Translations under genes and position numbers: made by a program
Shown here: piece after piece, positions 1-10,272 of the stretch
Layout of the letters: the number at the start of each line of letters is the position of its first letter
Position numbering within the stretch: the first letter of the stretch is position 1
From: Coniocarpon cinnabarinum
Lineage: Eukaryota
Length of the DNA: 38,526 bases
Reading direction: 5' to 3'
Assembly (NCBI GenBank): GCA_051942205.1
Contig: JAVECO010000204.1
Span: 1 to 38,526 of the forward strand
The notes under the pieces: model-generated
Seen by the model: only the letters and a program-made list of their open reading frames with translations
Database searches by the model: none
Told to the model about the DNA's origin: nothing

Positions 1-33
1 CCCCCCCCCCCCGCCCCCTGAAACCCATCAACC

Positions 34-1324
34 CTAAGAAGCAGCACCACCCTTCGGCACGTTCTTCGCAAAATCCCCCATCATATTGCCAGCAGGGCCA
101 TAATCACAAACAGTGAGAGATTTCATCATGGATCCAGCACCAGTAACACCATTCGGACAGTTCCCCACAGCGCAGCCCACATGCGTGGAGCCGGCCCACA
201 CCAGCTGCGTGAAGTGCCCCGTCTCGGCCTCCTCGCCGTTGACCGTGTAGGGGATGGGGTTCGCTTGGCCGTAGGAACCGGAGAGCTCGTAGATGCCCTC
301 TTCGGCGTACCATTCTTGGCTGATGTCCGTGGCGATGTTGTCGCTTCCTGAGGTGCAGGCGAAGTTTTGGCCGTAGGATTGGAAGCCGCTGACGTCGAGG
401 CCGGTTTTGCTGTTGCTCTCGTTAGCTTGGATTCAGGATCAAATGGCATTTCTCCAGTGAGGGGCGTTTGAAGGGATAGTGGTAGGGAAGGCAGATGGGA
501 AAATGCGCATCAAGGGGATCGGAAAGTGTGTGTTGGGGGACAGGGGGCCTTAGAACTTACACATCGTGGTTGAAATTGCACTTATCAGCGACCATCTGGG
601 CCGCCTTGGCCAAACCATCGGACCACTGAATCTCAGGCGTCGAGTGATTCCGTCGATGCAAATTATGCGCATCCACGACCGTCTTCTGGAAATCAGTAGA
701 TCCCGAGTTGGCGGGCGCACTCCCAGAGCCAGTAGCAGACGGCGTACTCGAATACTGCGCCGGTGACTGACTCTGCACAGGCTGGTACGTCGAGGGCTGT
801 GCAACAGGCTGGACAGACTCCGATTGCTGTTGTTCTGGCTGATAATACGACGGTTCAGCGGTTTGCTGCGCAGCGGGGACGTTGTAACTCCACTGGACGC
901 CGTGGGCGCCGCCGGGACTTCCCCAATTCCACGCGAGCGCCGAGAATTGCTGGCCGTTCGCTGCGGTGACGGTGGTGGCGAACTTGCCATTGCCATTCTG
1001 TGCGTTGTCGCCGAAGGACTGGGGCGCGACGCGAGCTAGGGCACTGAAATCAGCGGCCTGGGGTCCGTCATCGGAAACAGCGGGCGCAGGTGTCGGTTCT
1101 GCGACGGGGTTGCCATTGGCGTCAACGTAGTCGACGTGGGTGGCGGTTACGATCTGGACAGTGTAGGCGACGCCTGGTTCAGAAGAGGCGGGTTGGGAAC
1201 CGGCGTCTTGGCGGCGGAGATGCTCGTGGCGGTGGACGATGTTTTCGTGGCGGAAGAGATTCGAGGGGACAGCAAGAGCTGCGGCGGCAAAGAAACCGGT
1301 CGTCGCTGCGAGAACTGCCTTCAT
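34..1324 (-). CDS. Secreted CAP/SCP (PR-1/PRY-like) protein, 379 aa; exons 1324-561 and 409-34
   Basis: Signal-peptide-like N-terminus (MKAVLAATTGFFAAAALA) and a Q/S/P-rich linker. CAP motifs: VDAHNLHRRNH, IQWSDGLA..AQ, CNFNH. After intron 560-410 (GTAAGT...GCTAAC...CAG, phase 2) the frame continues with YGQN, WYAEE, GHFTQLVW..STHVGCA and VCDYGPAGN to TAG at 36-34. Confidence 0.92.
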
Positions 1325-1470
1325 GATGATGGAGAGTTGCTTTGGGGGAGCGTGATGACGATGGTCGAGTTGAACGTCTTGAATGAGTGGTGGTGTTGGT
1401 GACCAACGACGTTTGGTCGCTGAAACTCCGGGTTGCCGTTTGGCGGGTAGTGGTTATTGACGGCTCGAGG

Positions 1471-1658
1471 CTGGAACGGACAAAGGATGTGAGCGGTCGG
1501 CATGGGAAATAAAGGAATGTTCAGAGGGATGCTTTTAACAAAGGGTGACGTTGGAGAGCCAGACAATCACCATTGTCGACAGTACATTGCTGGCGATCGC
1601 GATGGAGGGGCGAGAGCAGTCGTAAACGCAGCAAGTGGCAATGAGTGGATAGACTTAC
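1471..1658 (-). other. Probable 5'-UTR intron of the CAP gene (188 nt)
   Basis: Minus-strand GTAAGT donor at 1658, GCTCAC branch, pyrimidine tract and CAG acceptor at 1471. Splicing would remove several upstream ATGs. A CT-rich tract (GA-rich on +, about 1790-1910) lies further upstream. Confidence 0.55.
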
Positions 1659-3040
1659 GAGTTCGTTCGTTCGTGATCTCGACAAGCCTCACAGAGGCGG
1701 AATGTGCTTAAGTAAGGAATGGCACGTACGCACAAGGCGTCCGCAGGTCAAAAAATGAGCGTGAGTCCGTACAGGACAAGAACCAGTCGTTGGAAGAACG
1801 AGAGAGAGTAAGAAATGAAAGAGAGGAAGCGGCAGAAGAGAAACAGAGAGTGACGGAACCGCTGTCGCTGACGCGCACGAAAAAGACAGTGCAGAGATGG
1901 AGAGGGGAGGGTATTAATCAAGGTCTGGTCCTGGAGACGTCAAATTACACCAGGAGCAGAGGTAGCGCCAACCAGTGAGGAGGATCAGGTGGAGGCATTG
2001 CCCATGTGCAGCGTGCAGATTGCCAGGAACGCATCTCATTTACCGCCCTGGATCGTCAGCGCGTACCAAAACTCACACTTGGCAGCACCAGTCGCCTCTC
2101 GTTTTTCACCTTTCGCTTACTCTTGGTCAGAGAGGAAACGAAACACCTCAGCAGTGAGCTATTGTGCCGCTCCGTCGATGTGGACGTCGACCATAGTCCA
2201 CAGCACAGCTGTGCCAGGGTACTTCAACATCATGGAGCCAAGGCATTTTGCAAAGCTGCCTGCACACCCTTGACCGCATTTCACAACTTTCAGAGTCGAG
2301 TCACGTAGTACTCCGTAACAAATTATTTTCTGCATTCAGGAGATTCGGTATCCCCGCCACGCACAAGGACACAGGCGCGAAGCGAGGCGAGGCGGGGCAC
2401 GGTGCCGAACGCAGCCTCGAATCACCGCATCACTTGCGCGGCACAGTCTGGGCGTGCCAGCAGAGGACTGCGAGCGCCCAGAAGAGGCGTGGTGCAGGAG
2501 CAGTCTCCTCGCTGCACCAGGTACCTCATCTGGGACTTGCCTTGCTGGGTTGCAGGTTGCAGTGATGTGCGTGTTTCATCGCAGGGCAAGGGGGTAGCCA
2601 AGTCGCCTATCGGCTGCTGTGACGGCGCATGGCGTGAAACGAGCTGTCGTGGCCACGTTGCTTCGTAAGATTGCGAGCGCTTGTTGGCGAGATGGTGTGA
2701 GATGCTGCCAAAGAGACGAGTTCCGCAATGGAGAAGGTGAGAAGGTTCCAACGAGGTTGTAAGAAGAAAGAGGAGTGACTGAGGTGGTCGAGGTCGAAGG
2801 GGCCACACTTGATCGCAGGACCCCTGGCGCCAAGCATTTAAAGTGTGGTCAGTGCACCTCTCAGATCTGTGATAAAATAGTCACGTGCTTTTGCCATTGC
2901 CCGAGGAGAAATGGATTTACTCCGTAGAATGCAACAAGACACCCACAGCAGCCACGCAAGCCGACAGATGCACATCGCGTGTGCAGTCTGGACTCTTCTC
3001 TAAGGCCAACAGCATTACCAACTGTCACAACTTGTTCCTC

Positions 3041-4217
3041 TCATTTCAACCCCACCATCTTCAAACTGTCCTCCCACAGCCTCGCCTCTCCCTCGGGATT
3101 AAACGCGCTGTCATTGTACCCCAGGAACTTGATAGCCCCCATATCTGGGTAATCCTTTTCATGCATCGCGATGTCGCAGTCTTCCAGATACAATCCTCCT
3201 CTCCCCTTAAGCGCCTTCGCTGTCGCGCCCCAGATAGACGTTGCAGCGCCCTGCTCCCAGCTCTTCATGTAGTTTCGCACCTGCTCGATGGCTTCGTATC
3301 CTTCTTTCTGTCCTTCCGGCCAGTGCGCTTGCAGACCTGTCCAGATGCCGCCCGGATTCAGTGAAAAGCCGTTGAGGCCCTGTGATCCGTATAGGTGTGT
3401 AATTTGGTTGGCCATGTAGACGTTGGCCTTGACGCCACTGTCAGCAACGCTCCTAAGACCTTAGTTAGGTAAAAGGATGATTGGAACACGCACCAGCTTG
3501 CTCTGCCCGTATGCTGCGCTAGGTGTGTATATATCCTTCTCGAAACCGTAGTCGTCGAATCGGACATTGCCATACTTGTGTCCCATGCTGCTGACAAGCA
3601 CCACTCTGGCGTCGCCATCCTCCTTGGCAGCCTTCAGCATGGCATCTTTCAACAGCTGGAAGAGCAAGAAATGACCCAAATGGTTTGTGCCAAATTGCAG
3701 CTCAAATCCATCTTCGGTCTTGCCCTCGGGACACTCCATAATGCCGGCGTTCTCGATGAGCGTGTTGATCTTCCCGCCGCTCTGCTGTAAGATTTGCTGA
3801 GCAGCTCTTCTTACGGAAGCAAGCGAGCCATTCTCCATCTCGATTATGACAACCTTGCCTGTCGTCTTCATGTCAGCACTGTAACATGTCCTGACCGCCT
3901 TACAGATAAAAACATCGTATTTAGTAGGACTAGCACAGACCTTTCCGCTCATCTTTCCCACCCGGCAAGAGGTCTTTGAGTGCTTCCTGAGCCTTCTTCG
4001 TATTCCGCGCAGTCGCAAAGACAGTTGCGCCTGTCAAAGCCAGCGCCCCAACAGTTGGAACACCGATACCAGAGCTTGTGCCAGTAACGACAGCATACCG
4101 ACCGAGCCAGGCGTCGACGAGATTCTCATCTCGGACAATCTGATCAGCGGCGGGACGCGCATCGCCAGGCCCGCGTTGGACGGCGAAGTCATGAGAAGCA
4201 GTGTATTGGTTAGGCAT
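3041..4217 (-). CDS. Short-chain dehydrogenase/reductase (RDH/WWOX-like), 342 aa; exons 4217-3941, 3858-3494, 3427-3041
   Basis: Rossmann motif VVTGTSSGIG, LIENAG, FGTNHLGHF, catalytic YGQSK and NPGGI. Introns 3940-3859 (GTCTGT..GCTGAC..CAG) and 3493-3428 (GTGCGT..GCTGAC..AAG) join three ORFs in frame. Confidence 0.92.
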
Positions 4218-4979
4218 AGTGCTGGGAGTTGTGCGCTGGCTTTGAAAAGGGAAGAGGGAGCTGGAGTATAGTTGAGCTTGTCCTGCTTCTGGTGCCTTTA
4301 ACAGCGATGGCAGCTACTTTATAGAGCAGAAAGAACAGTGACGAGACTGACAGACAGAGCGACCGTCGACCTCTTATACGAGTCGACCCAACTCAACGTA
4401 CACGCACATTTCTACCAGTGTATGCTGAAGATGCATTGGGGCGGTACGTAGGCTTCACAGTTTTGGCCGGTAAAGTCCATCCGCTGAAGCTCCGTACGAG
4501 CCTCTCACAACATCGATGCTGACGAAAACAGCCTTAAAGGCCTGGAACAACGATTGAAGTGTGGTGGTGGTGCCATGCCACCAAGACGGAACTGACAAAT
4601 GCAGCAGAAGAGATGTGCTCAGTCATTTACAATTAAGCCGAATCAACGTCACTTGAGGATTAAGAAATGGTGGGAGCGGAAGCGGAGGTGGAGCGGGAGT
4701 CCGGTTGAGAGCGTGGGGGCAGGGTAGTAGAGTGGGGCTCGGCTTCACTGCGGGGCCAAAGTCTGGATGGAAATGTCCAAACCAACAGCCGGGCCAATGT
4801 GATGATGCCGGAAAAGTCCAGCTACGAGCCAAAACACCCGTGACGGGTCTATCGGTACCTTACTGCTCTTACAAATCAACATCGTGCCTGCACTCTGCAA
4901 GTCTCGCGCACTAGCCCGCTCCTGCAGGCACTACCAAGACATGTTGATCATGCCCACGTTGGAATAGCAGAGACTGCCT

Positions 4980-6723
4980 TCAATACTCCGCCTCGGCCCC
5001 GTCGTCGTCCCCCATAGAGTCTGCCGCAACTTCTTCGTAGTCGCGTTCCAGAGCCGCCAGGTCCTCCCGCGCCTCAGAGAACTCTCCTTCCTCCATACCT
5101 TCGCCCACGTACCAGTGCACGAAGGCGCGCTTCGAGTACATGAGGTCGAATTTGTGGGACAGAGCTGACCACGCCTCGGCGATGGCCGTGGTGTTAGAGA
5201 GCATGCATCTGTGAAGCCCGTCAGTACCGTGTGCGAGTTCGGAGGCAGTTCAGTACATACACTGCACGCTTGACTTCGGCCAGGTCGCCATTGGGCACTC
5301 GCTGTGGCGGCTGGAAGCAAATGCCAATCTTGAATCCGGTGGGGCACCAGTCCACAAATTGGATTGTGCGCTTCGTCTTCAGCGTCGCAACAGCGCTGTG
5401 TACGTCGTTGGGAACGACATCTCCTCTGTAAAGCAGACATGTAGCCATGTACTTGCCTGTTCGAGGATCGCATTTGACCATCTGGTTGTTGGGCTCAAAG
5501 CAAGCCATCGAGATCTCTTGAACCGTGTTGGCTTCGTGCTTGGCCTTTGCGTTAGACATAATGGGTGAGTATGCAACAAGAGGAAAGTGAATGCGCGGGT
5601 AGGGGACCAAGTTGGTCTGGAACTCGTTCAAGTCGACATTCAGGGAGCCGTCAAAGCGCAGCGATGCGGTTATAGAAGAGACCACTGTTTGATGTTAGTG
5701 TGACCCTCCCGCGAAGGGGACGGGATCAAATGTACCTTGTGCGACAAGTCGATTTAGGTTCTCATAGTTTGGTCGCTCAATGCCCAGGCTCCGCCTGCAA
5801 ATATCGTAAATAGCCTCATTGTCGACCATGAAGCTGCAGTCGGAGTGTTCCAAGGTCGTATGGGTCGTCAAAATAGAGTTGTAAGGCTCGACCACGGACG
5901 TGGCGACCTGTGGCGCAGGGTAGACACAGAACTCGAGTTTGCACTTCTTGCCGTAGTCCACAGACAGGCGTTCCATGAGCAAAGCACCAAAACCAGAGCC
6001 TGTGCCACCGCCGAAGGAGTGAAACACCAGGAAACCTTGAAGACCAGAGCAGCTATCTGCAACACGTCGCACACGGTCTAAGACTTGATCGATGAGCTCT
6101 TTGCCGACGGTGTAATGACCACGCGCATAGTTGTTGGATGCATCTTCCTTGCCGGTAATCATTTGGTCTGGGTGGAAGAGGTTGCGGTATTTGCCTGTCC
6201 TCACTTCGTCCACTACGTTTGGCTCGAGATCGCAATAGATGGTGCGGGGCACATATTTGCCCTGGCCTAATGCTCTTGTCAATATGTTGTTGCACTGAGC
6301 CGTGAATTGATCTCGTGCACCGCATGCAAGTTTGACGTACCGGTTTCGGAGAAAAAGGTACTGAAGCCATGGTCGTCTCCTTCGGCTTTGCGGTTGTCGG
6401 TCAGGTATCCATCAGGCTATGTTGAGCATTAGTGTCGACTCTAGCCAGGTTATCGTCGCGCTTGCAAACATACTTGGATGCCGTGCTCGAGACAGTAGAG
6501 CTATAGTCAATTTTAGTGGTTGACTCGAACAGCAATAGCACTTTCAGTCGCAAAATGCGCTCAAGATGATCCAAACACACCTCCCAGCAAGAATTGGCAA
6601 TCTGACAGCCAGCCTGGCCAACTGCGATGTATACGTCAGCTTCTCCGCCAATTCGTCCCGTCTTTAGACGCGACTGGTCCCTGGATCACCGCACGCACCG
6701 TTTAGACTGATGACTTCTCTCAT
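4980..6723 (-). CDS. tubA: Alpha-tubulin, 450 aa; 7 exons: 6723-6699, 6621-6581, 6500-6474, 6416-6341, 6266-5736, 5684-5261, 5208-4980
   Basis: [34 protein letters not shown] start rebuilt across short exons. Also [36 protein letters not shown] and an acidic tail ending EAEY*. Six GT-AG introns of 51-80 nt, all phases consistent (1353 nt CDS). Confidence 0.98.
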
Positions 6724-7149
6724 GGTGACTGGCGGTGGGGAAGAAGGATGCGGAAGATGCGAATATGATTGGAACAGTCGAGGAGGAGATGCCGGGACAA
6801 GGGATGGCGATAGACGTGCACAACAGGAAAGCGGCGTGGGGGTACGGGGAAAGGTTGTCAGAAGGCAGCTGTATTTGTTGTTGTGGGTCGATTTCAGATA
6901 TCCCACCACGCGCCTTCCCTCTTTCTGAGACGCGCCGTCCAATGATTCGTAGGGCTTAGGGTTGTGCGCCCCATATCAGATGCGCTAACACCGACTGCAC
7001 GTGCATGGCACCGGTTGCGTAGCTTTGTCTCGAACTTCACACACTGCTAACATCTCAACACTTTTGCCTCCCAGCTGATTTAGAGGTATCTCAAGCACGC
7101 ATCAGATGTCGTTTGCAGGACCATGATCATCATTGACCCTGGGTGAAGC
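6724..7149. promoter_or_regulatory. Divergent promoter region between tubA and PGA1, with two ACGCGCC motifs and a CCAAT box
   Basis: Head-to-head start codons separated by 426 bp. ACGCGCC at 6908-6914 and 6930-6936; CCAAT at 6939-6943. Confidence 0.5.
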
Positions 7150-7938
7150 ATGACTTTTCCATACCGCCTTAGCGTTCTTCTCACCCTGCTTCTTCATGTG
7201 ATCACTGTCTGCCTGGCAAACGTCGAGAAGATTGTCTTTTTGGGACCAGAGTCCACGCAAATTCCTAAAACATCACCAAGCTTCGAAGACCTGCATCTAC
7301 AGACTCTGACACCCGCTAACTCTTCGAAACGTCTCGAGCTGCCCAGAGTATTTGGCAATTCCACCCACCCTAGGGGTCTGTCATCTTGGTACCTCCTTAA
7401 CGACCTCGAGCCCGGCCGCAGATACGAATTGCGGATCTGTTGGGCCGGCACCGAGGCAACCATCTTCTGGCCAGAGAAGTTCGGAATCTCTACAGTCTTC
7501 AACACGCCCGAATTGATCACGGATTTAGCAGCCTTCTCGGAAGCACGCAACAATGATGATTCTTCGACCGAAGCGTTAGAGAGTCCTAGTATTGAGGGCG
7601 AAAAGTCACTGCTCTTTTACCGCATTCAGGCGGTCGCGGACTTCTTCACCTTAGATCAGGATTACATGCAAAATCCACCGCCTGTGCTTGTTGATCTTAG
7701 TGGGTCATATAAAGAGAGACGAGAGGCAGAGGCAGACTACTTGGCTAACAAGTTTGCAGTCCTTGATCCATACCTGCTGAACATCTGCCCTAAATCTTTG
7801 TTACCAACAGCAATTTACATCGGTTGTATTGCAGTTGTTAGCTATTTTGTCTCTGGTTGGGCTTGGCGGGTCATTGAAAGGACCGCGGAACGAGCTAAGC
7901 ACCAGGCTGTTCACAATGAAAGAGCCAAATTCCACTGA
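7150..7938 (+). CDS. PGA1: Pga1-like GPI mannosyltransferase II co-activator, 242 aa; exons 7150-7699 and 7760-7938
   Basis: Signal peptide followed by ANVEKIVF, then RRYELRICW, PVLVDLILDPYLLNI.P.SL and a C-terminal TM helix. Intron 7700-7759 (GTGGGT..GCTAAC..CAG) restores VDLILDP. Confidence 0.75.
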   Translation: MTFPYRLSVLLTLLLHVITVCLANVEKIVFLGPESTQIPKTSPSFEDLHLQTLTPANSSKRLELPRVFGNSTHPRGLSSWYLLNDLEPGRRYELRICWAGTEATIFWPEKFGISTVFNTPELITDLAAFSEARNNDDSSTEALESPSIEGEKSLLFYRIQAVADFFTLDQDYMQNPPPVLVDLSGSYKERREAEADYLANKFAVLDPYLLNICPKSLLPTAIYIGCIAVVSYFVSGWAWRVIERTAERAKHQAVHNERAKFH

Positions 7939-8132
7939 AGGTGGTAAGTTTATCGTGCTTCTGTCACAAGGGTTGCCGATCGGTCAAAGCCCCGCTTGTT
8001 GTTGCACGTGCCTGTCAAAGGGCTTCCGACTTACGAGAGATAGCTTCTCACTCCTCGCATGCTACCAACAATCACAACCTGAGCGAACAATCATCATCGA
8101 ATCAGGGAGGCAGTCTTGCTCTGGCGCTTATC

Positions 8133-8471
8133 ATGCACTCCGTCCCCGTCGAACTTCTCGAGAACATCGCCAGCTTCCTCGACTTCGACGACTTTTTGCG
8201 CTGGGCTCTCGCGCATTACTCAATCTTCCAGCGTCGTGGTTTAGCGCCTCCAATGACGCCCGCGATCGTCATGCGTCTCCGAAGAACCCAGCCTGTGCGT
8301 CTGCCCTTGCGTGCTCCTCTTGAAGTACAGCTCCAGGTTCTGCGAACGATCGATGGGTGGCTAGACCGTGTCAGCTTTATTTTGGCGGATTATCAGAGCT
8401 TTGTCGCAAGCGGTCTTGCGCCGGTTGTCACGCCCGCTACGCTGCTGTCACTGCGGCGTGTTTGTCTTTGA
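8133..8471 (+). CDS. Small protein (112 aa) of two tandem F-box-like repeats
   Basis: ATG at 8133 (context ATCATG). The start MHSVPVELLENIASFLD..D.L resembles the F-box consensus. Residues 5-51 and 62-109 align with 18 identities, and several identical residues use different codons. Confidence 0.7.
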   Translation: MHSVPVELLENIASFLDFDDFLRWALAHYSIFQRRGLAPPMTPAIVMRLRRTQPVRLPLRAPLEVQLQVLRTIDGWLDRVSFILADYQSFVASGLAPVVTPATLLSLRRVCL

Positions 8472-8529
8472 TGCAGAGATCAGTCATTGGACCAAGTACC
8501 TAGGCTTGTAATCGACAACCTTTGCAGGC

Positions 8530-9619
8530 TCAAACCAATCCTTTCGTCTTTATTGCGGCTGCGGGCTTTAGGTCTGCGGCACTCGGCTCCACTACCTCTC
8601 CTGCGTCGGCGTTCTCTCCAATCAAATCCTTGAAGTGTTTCTCCAGATTCCACCATTCGCTTTCATGCCTTGCCACCCACGCTCTCACCTTACCCAATGC
8701 TTCCAAGTCCTCTTTCATGTGCGTCGTCGTTCCATTACACACCGTCATCCCCTCTAGACTCAAGACATATGCGTACAGAGCACCCTCCGGAGTCACACCC
8801 GCGCGAGCACTCAAATCTTTTACCGGCGCTGAATGCAACAATCGCGGATTCGCGGTCAATGTCCAAAACGCTTGATACGCTATGCCCTGCTTTCGGCACC
8901 ACCGCCGCAATCCCACATCATAGAACGTCTCTCTGTGAAAGCGATTCTGCACCACGCTCGGCTTGATCTTCGCATGCTTATACAGTCCTTGCAAAATCGG
9001 CAGATTCACGTTCGAGATGCCAAGATGTTTCACCTGATCAGGTACGAAGCTCTCAAAAGCCCGCCAGGCCTCGAGCGTGTGTTTGTATTCTGACAGCGGA
9101 GAATGCAGCACGAGACAGTCGATGTAGGTGCTTTCGTTCGCGGGGCTGTTCGCGTCTCCGTCCACTCTGAGATTATGCAGCGAGGACCTGACGCTCGTTT
9201 GAACTTGCTCGGTGATGCTTGCGCGGGGATCGTACGGGATGCGTCCTGGATCCTGGCCGCCGGGCGGCGAGTACTTCGTTTGCAGAAAGAGGTCGCCGCG
9301 TTTCAAGCGGCCGTCGGCGAGGGCTGAACGGATGCCCTGACCGACGAGATCTTCACGGTAGTGGCGGGGCTATCACAGAGTGTCAGAATGTGATCGCGGA
9401 CGACTGCTGGGAGCAGAAGCTCAATACAGTGGGGGATCTTACCTGTGCAGCGGTGTCGATAGCGCCGAAGCCAGAGTCGAGAGCAGCATGCACGAGCTTC
9501 GCAGATTGCTCGCCTTTCCAAGCAGTGCCGTAGAGGAATGCAGGGAGGGCGGTTGGAAGAGACGAGGAAGTAGGTGCAGGAAGGGCGAGTGAAGTAAAGA
9601 GAGTGCGGGTAGCGGACAT
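8530..9619 (-). CDS. Aldo-keto reductase, 338 aa; exons 9619-9443 and 9369-8530
   Basis: YGTAWK, G..AIDTAAQ|PRHY.E, FLQTK, YIDCLVLHSP, LGISN and PSVVQN give the D-Y-K-H tetrad. Intron 9442-9370 (GTAAGA..TCTGAC..TAG, phase 0). Confidence 0.92.
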
Positions 9620-10272
9620 TCTGCTTGGAAAAGACTTAAAGAATGTTTGAAGAGTCAAAAGAACGTAGAGAGTGCGTGATTCGAAGCAGTCTAAGAGAAT
9701 GTAGATATAAATTTGCAGGTCTACAATGGCGCGATGGCGAGTCAGAAACGAAACATAATGAATGCTTCTTTAAGCAAAGCTATGGCTATTTCATAGCCTG
9801 CATTTTGAATGAGTGGCCAATAGTAGCGAATATTACAAAAGCTTTGTTGGAGACAACAGGAGAATTGAGTGTCAAGGCACGCATGAGGTTCATGCTAAAA
9901 TCAAGATCTCGCCAAGATTTACACGGAGATTACCTGATCTCCGCGTTGCAAACATGGTGGTGGGTGGCAGGGTTCCATTGATATCAGCAAGACCAATCAG
10001 GTTTCCAGACAACCCAGTGTGCGATCAGATGAGAAGTTCCGGGTTAGCACCATCTTCTCTCTCACTCGAAAAAACGAAATGTCGCGCATGGACGTGAAAA
10101 GACTGTGAATGCAAATACTCTTGGCTCTGTGCCCGAAAATCTTGGTCATCGTCATTCATTAAGCTGGGTATTGTATACGAACCGCTTAGATTCATGTCCT
10201 CGTCAAGCCTTTCTGCGTCGTGAGTCACCAAATATTCATAATAATGCTTTTCTTCCGCTTGTTCTGTATGCC

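Noticed and set aside
1..40. Poly-C start with CCCTAA (32-37), and CCTAACCCT near the right end (38452-38460), as telomere signals
   Set aside because: Single units, not tandem arrays, and the left one overlaps the CAP stop codon. C-rich ends more likely mark assembly breaks.
4623..4914. Short ORFs and the ACCCGTGACGGGT palindrome downstream of tubulin
   Set aside because: Non-ATG starts, no motif and a very short stem. Consistent with tubA 3' UTR or SDR promoter sequence.
5702..5727. Possible hairpin in tubulin intron 5
   Set aside because: Short and bulged, within chance for GC-rich sequence. The intron (51 nt) is too small for a snoRNA.
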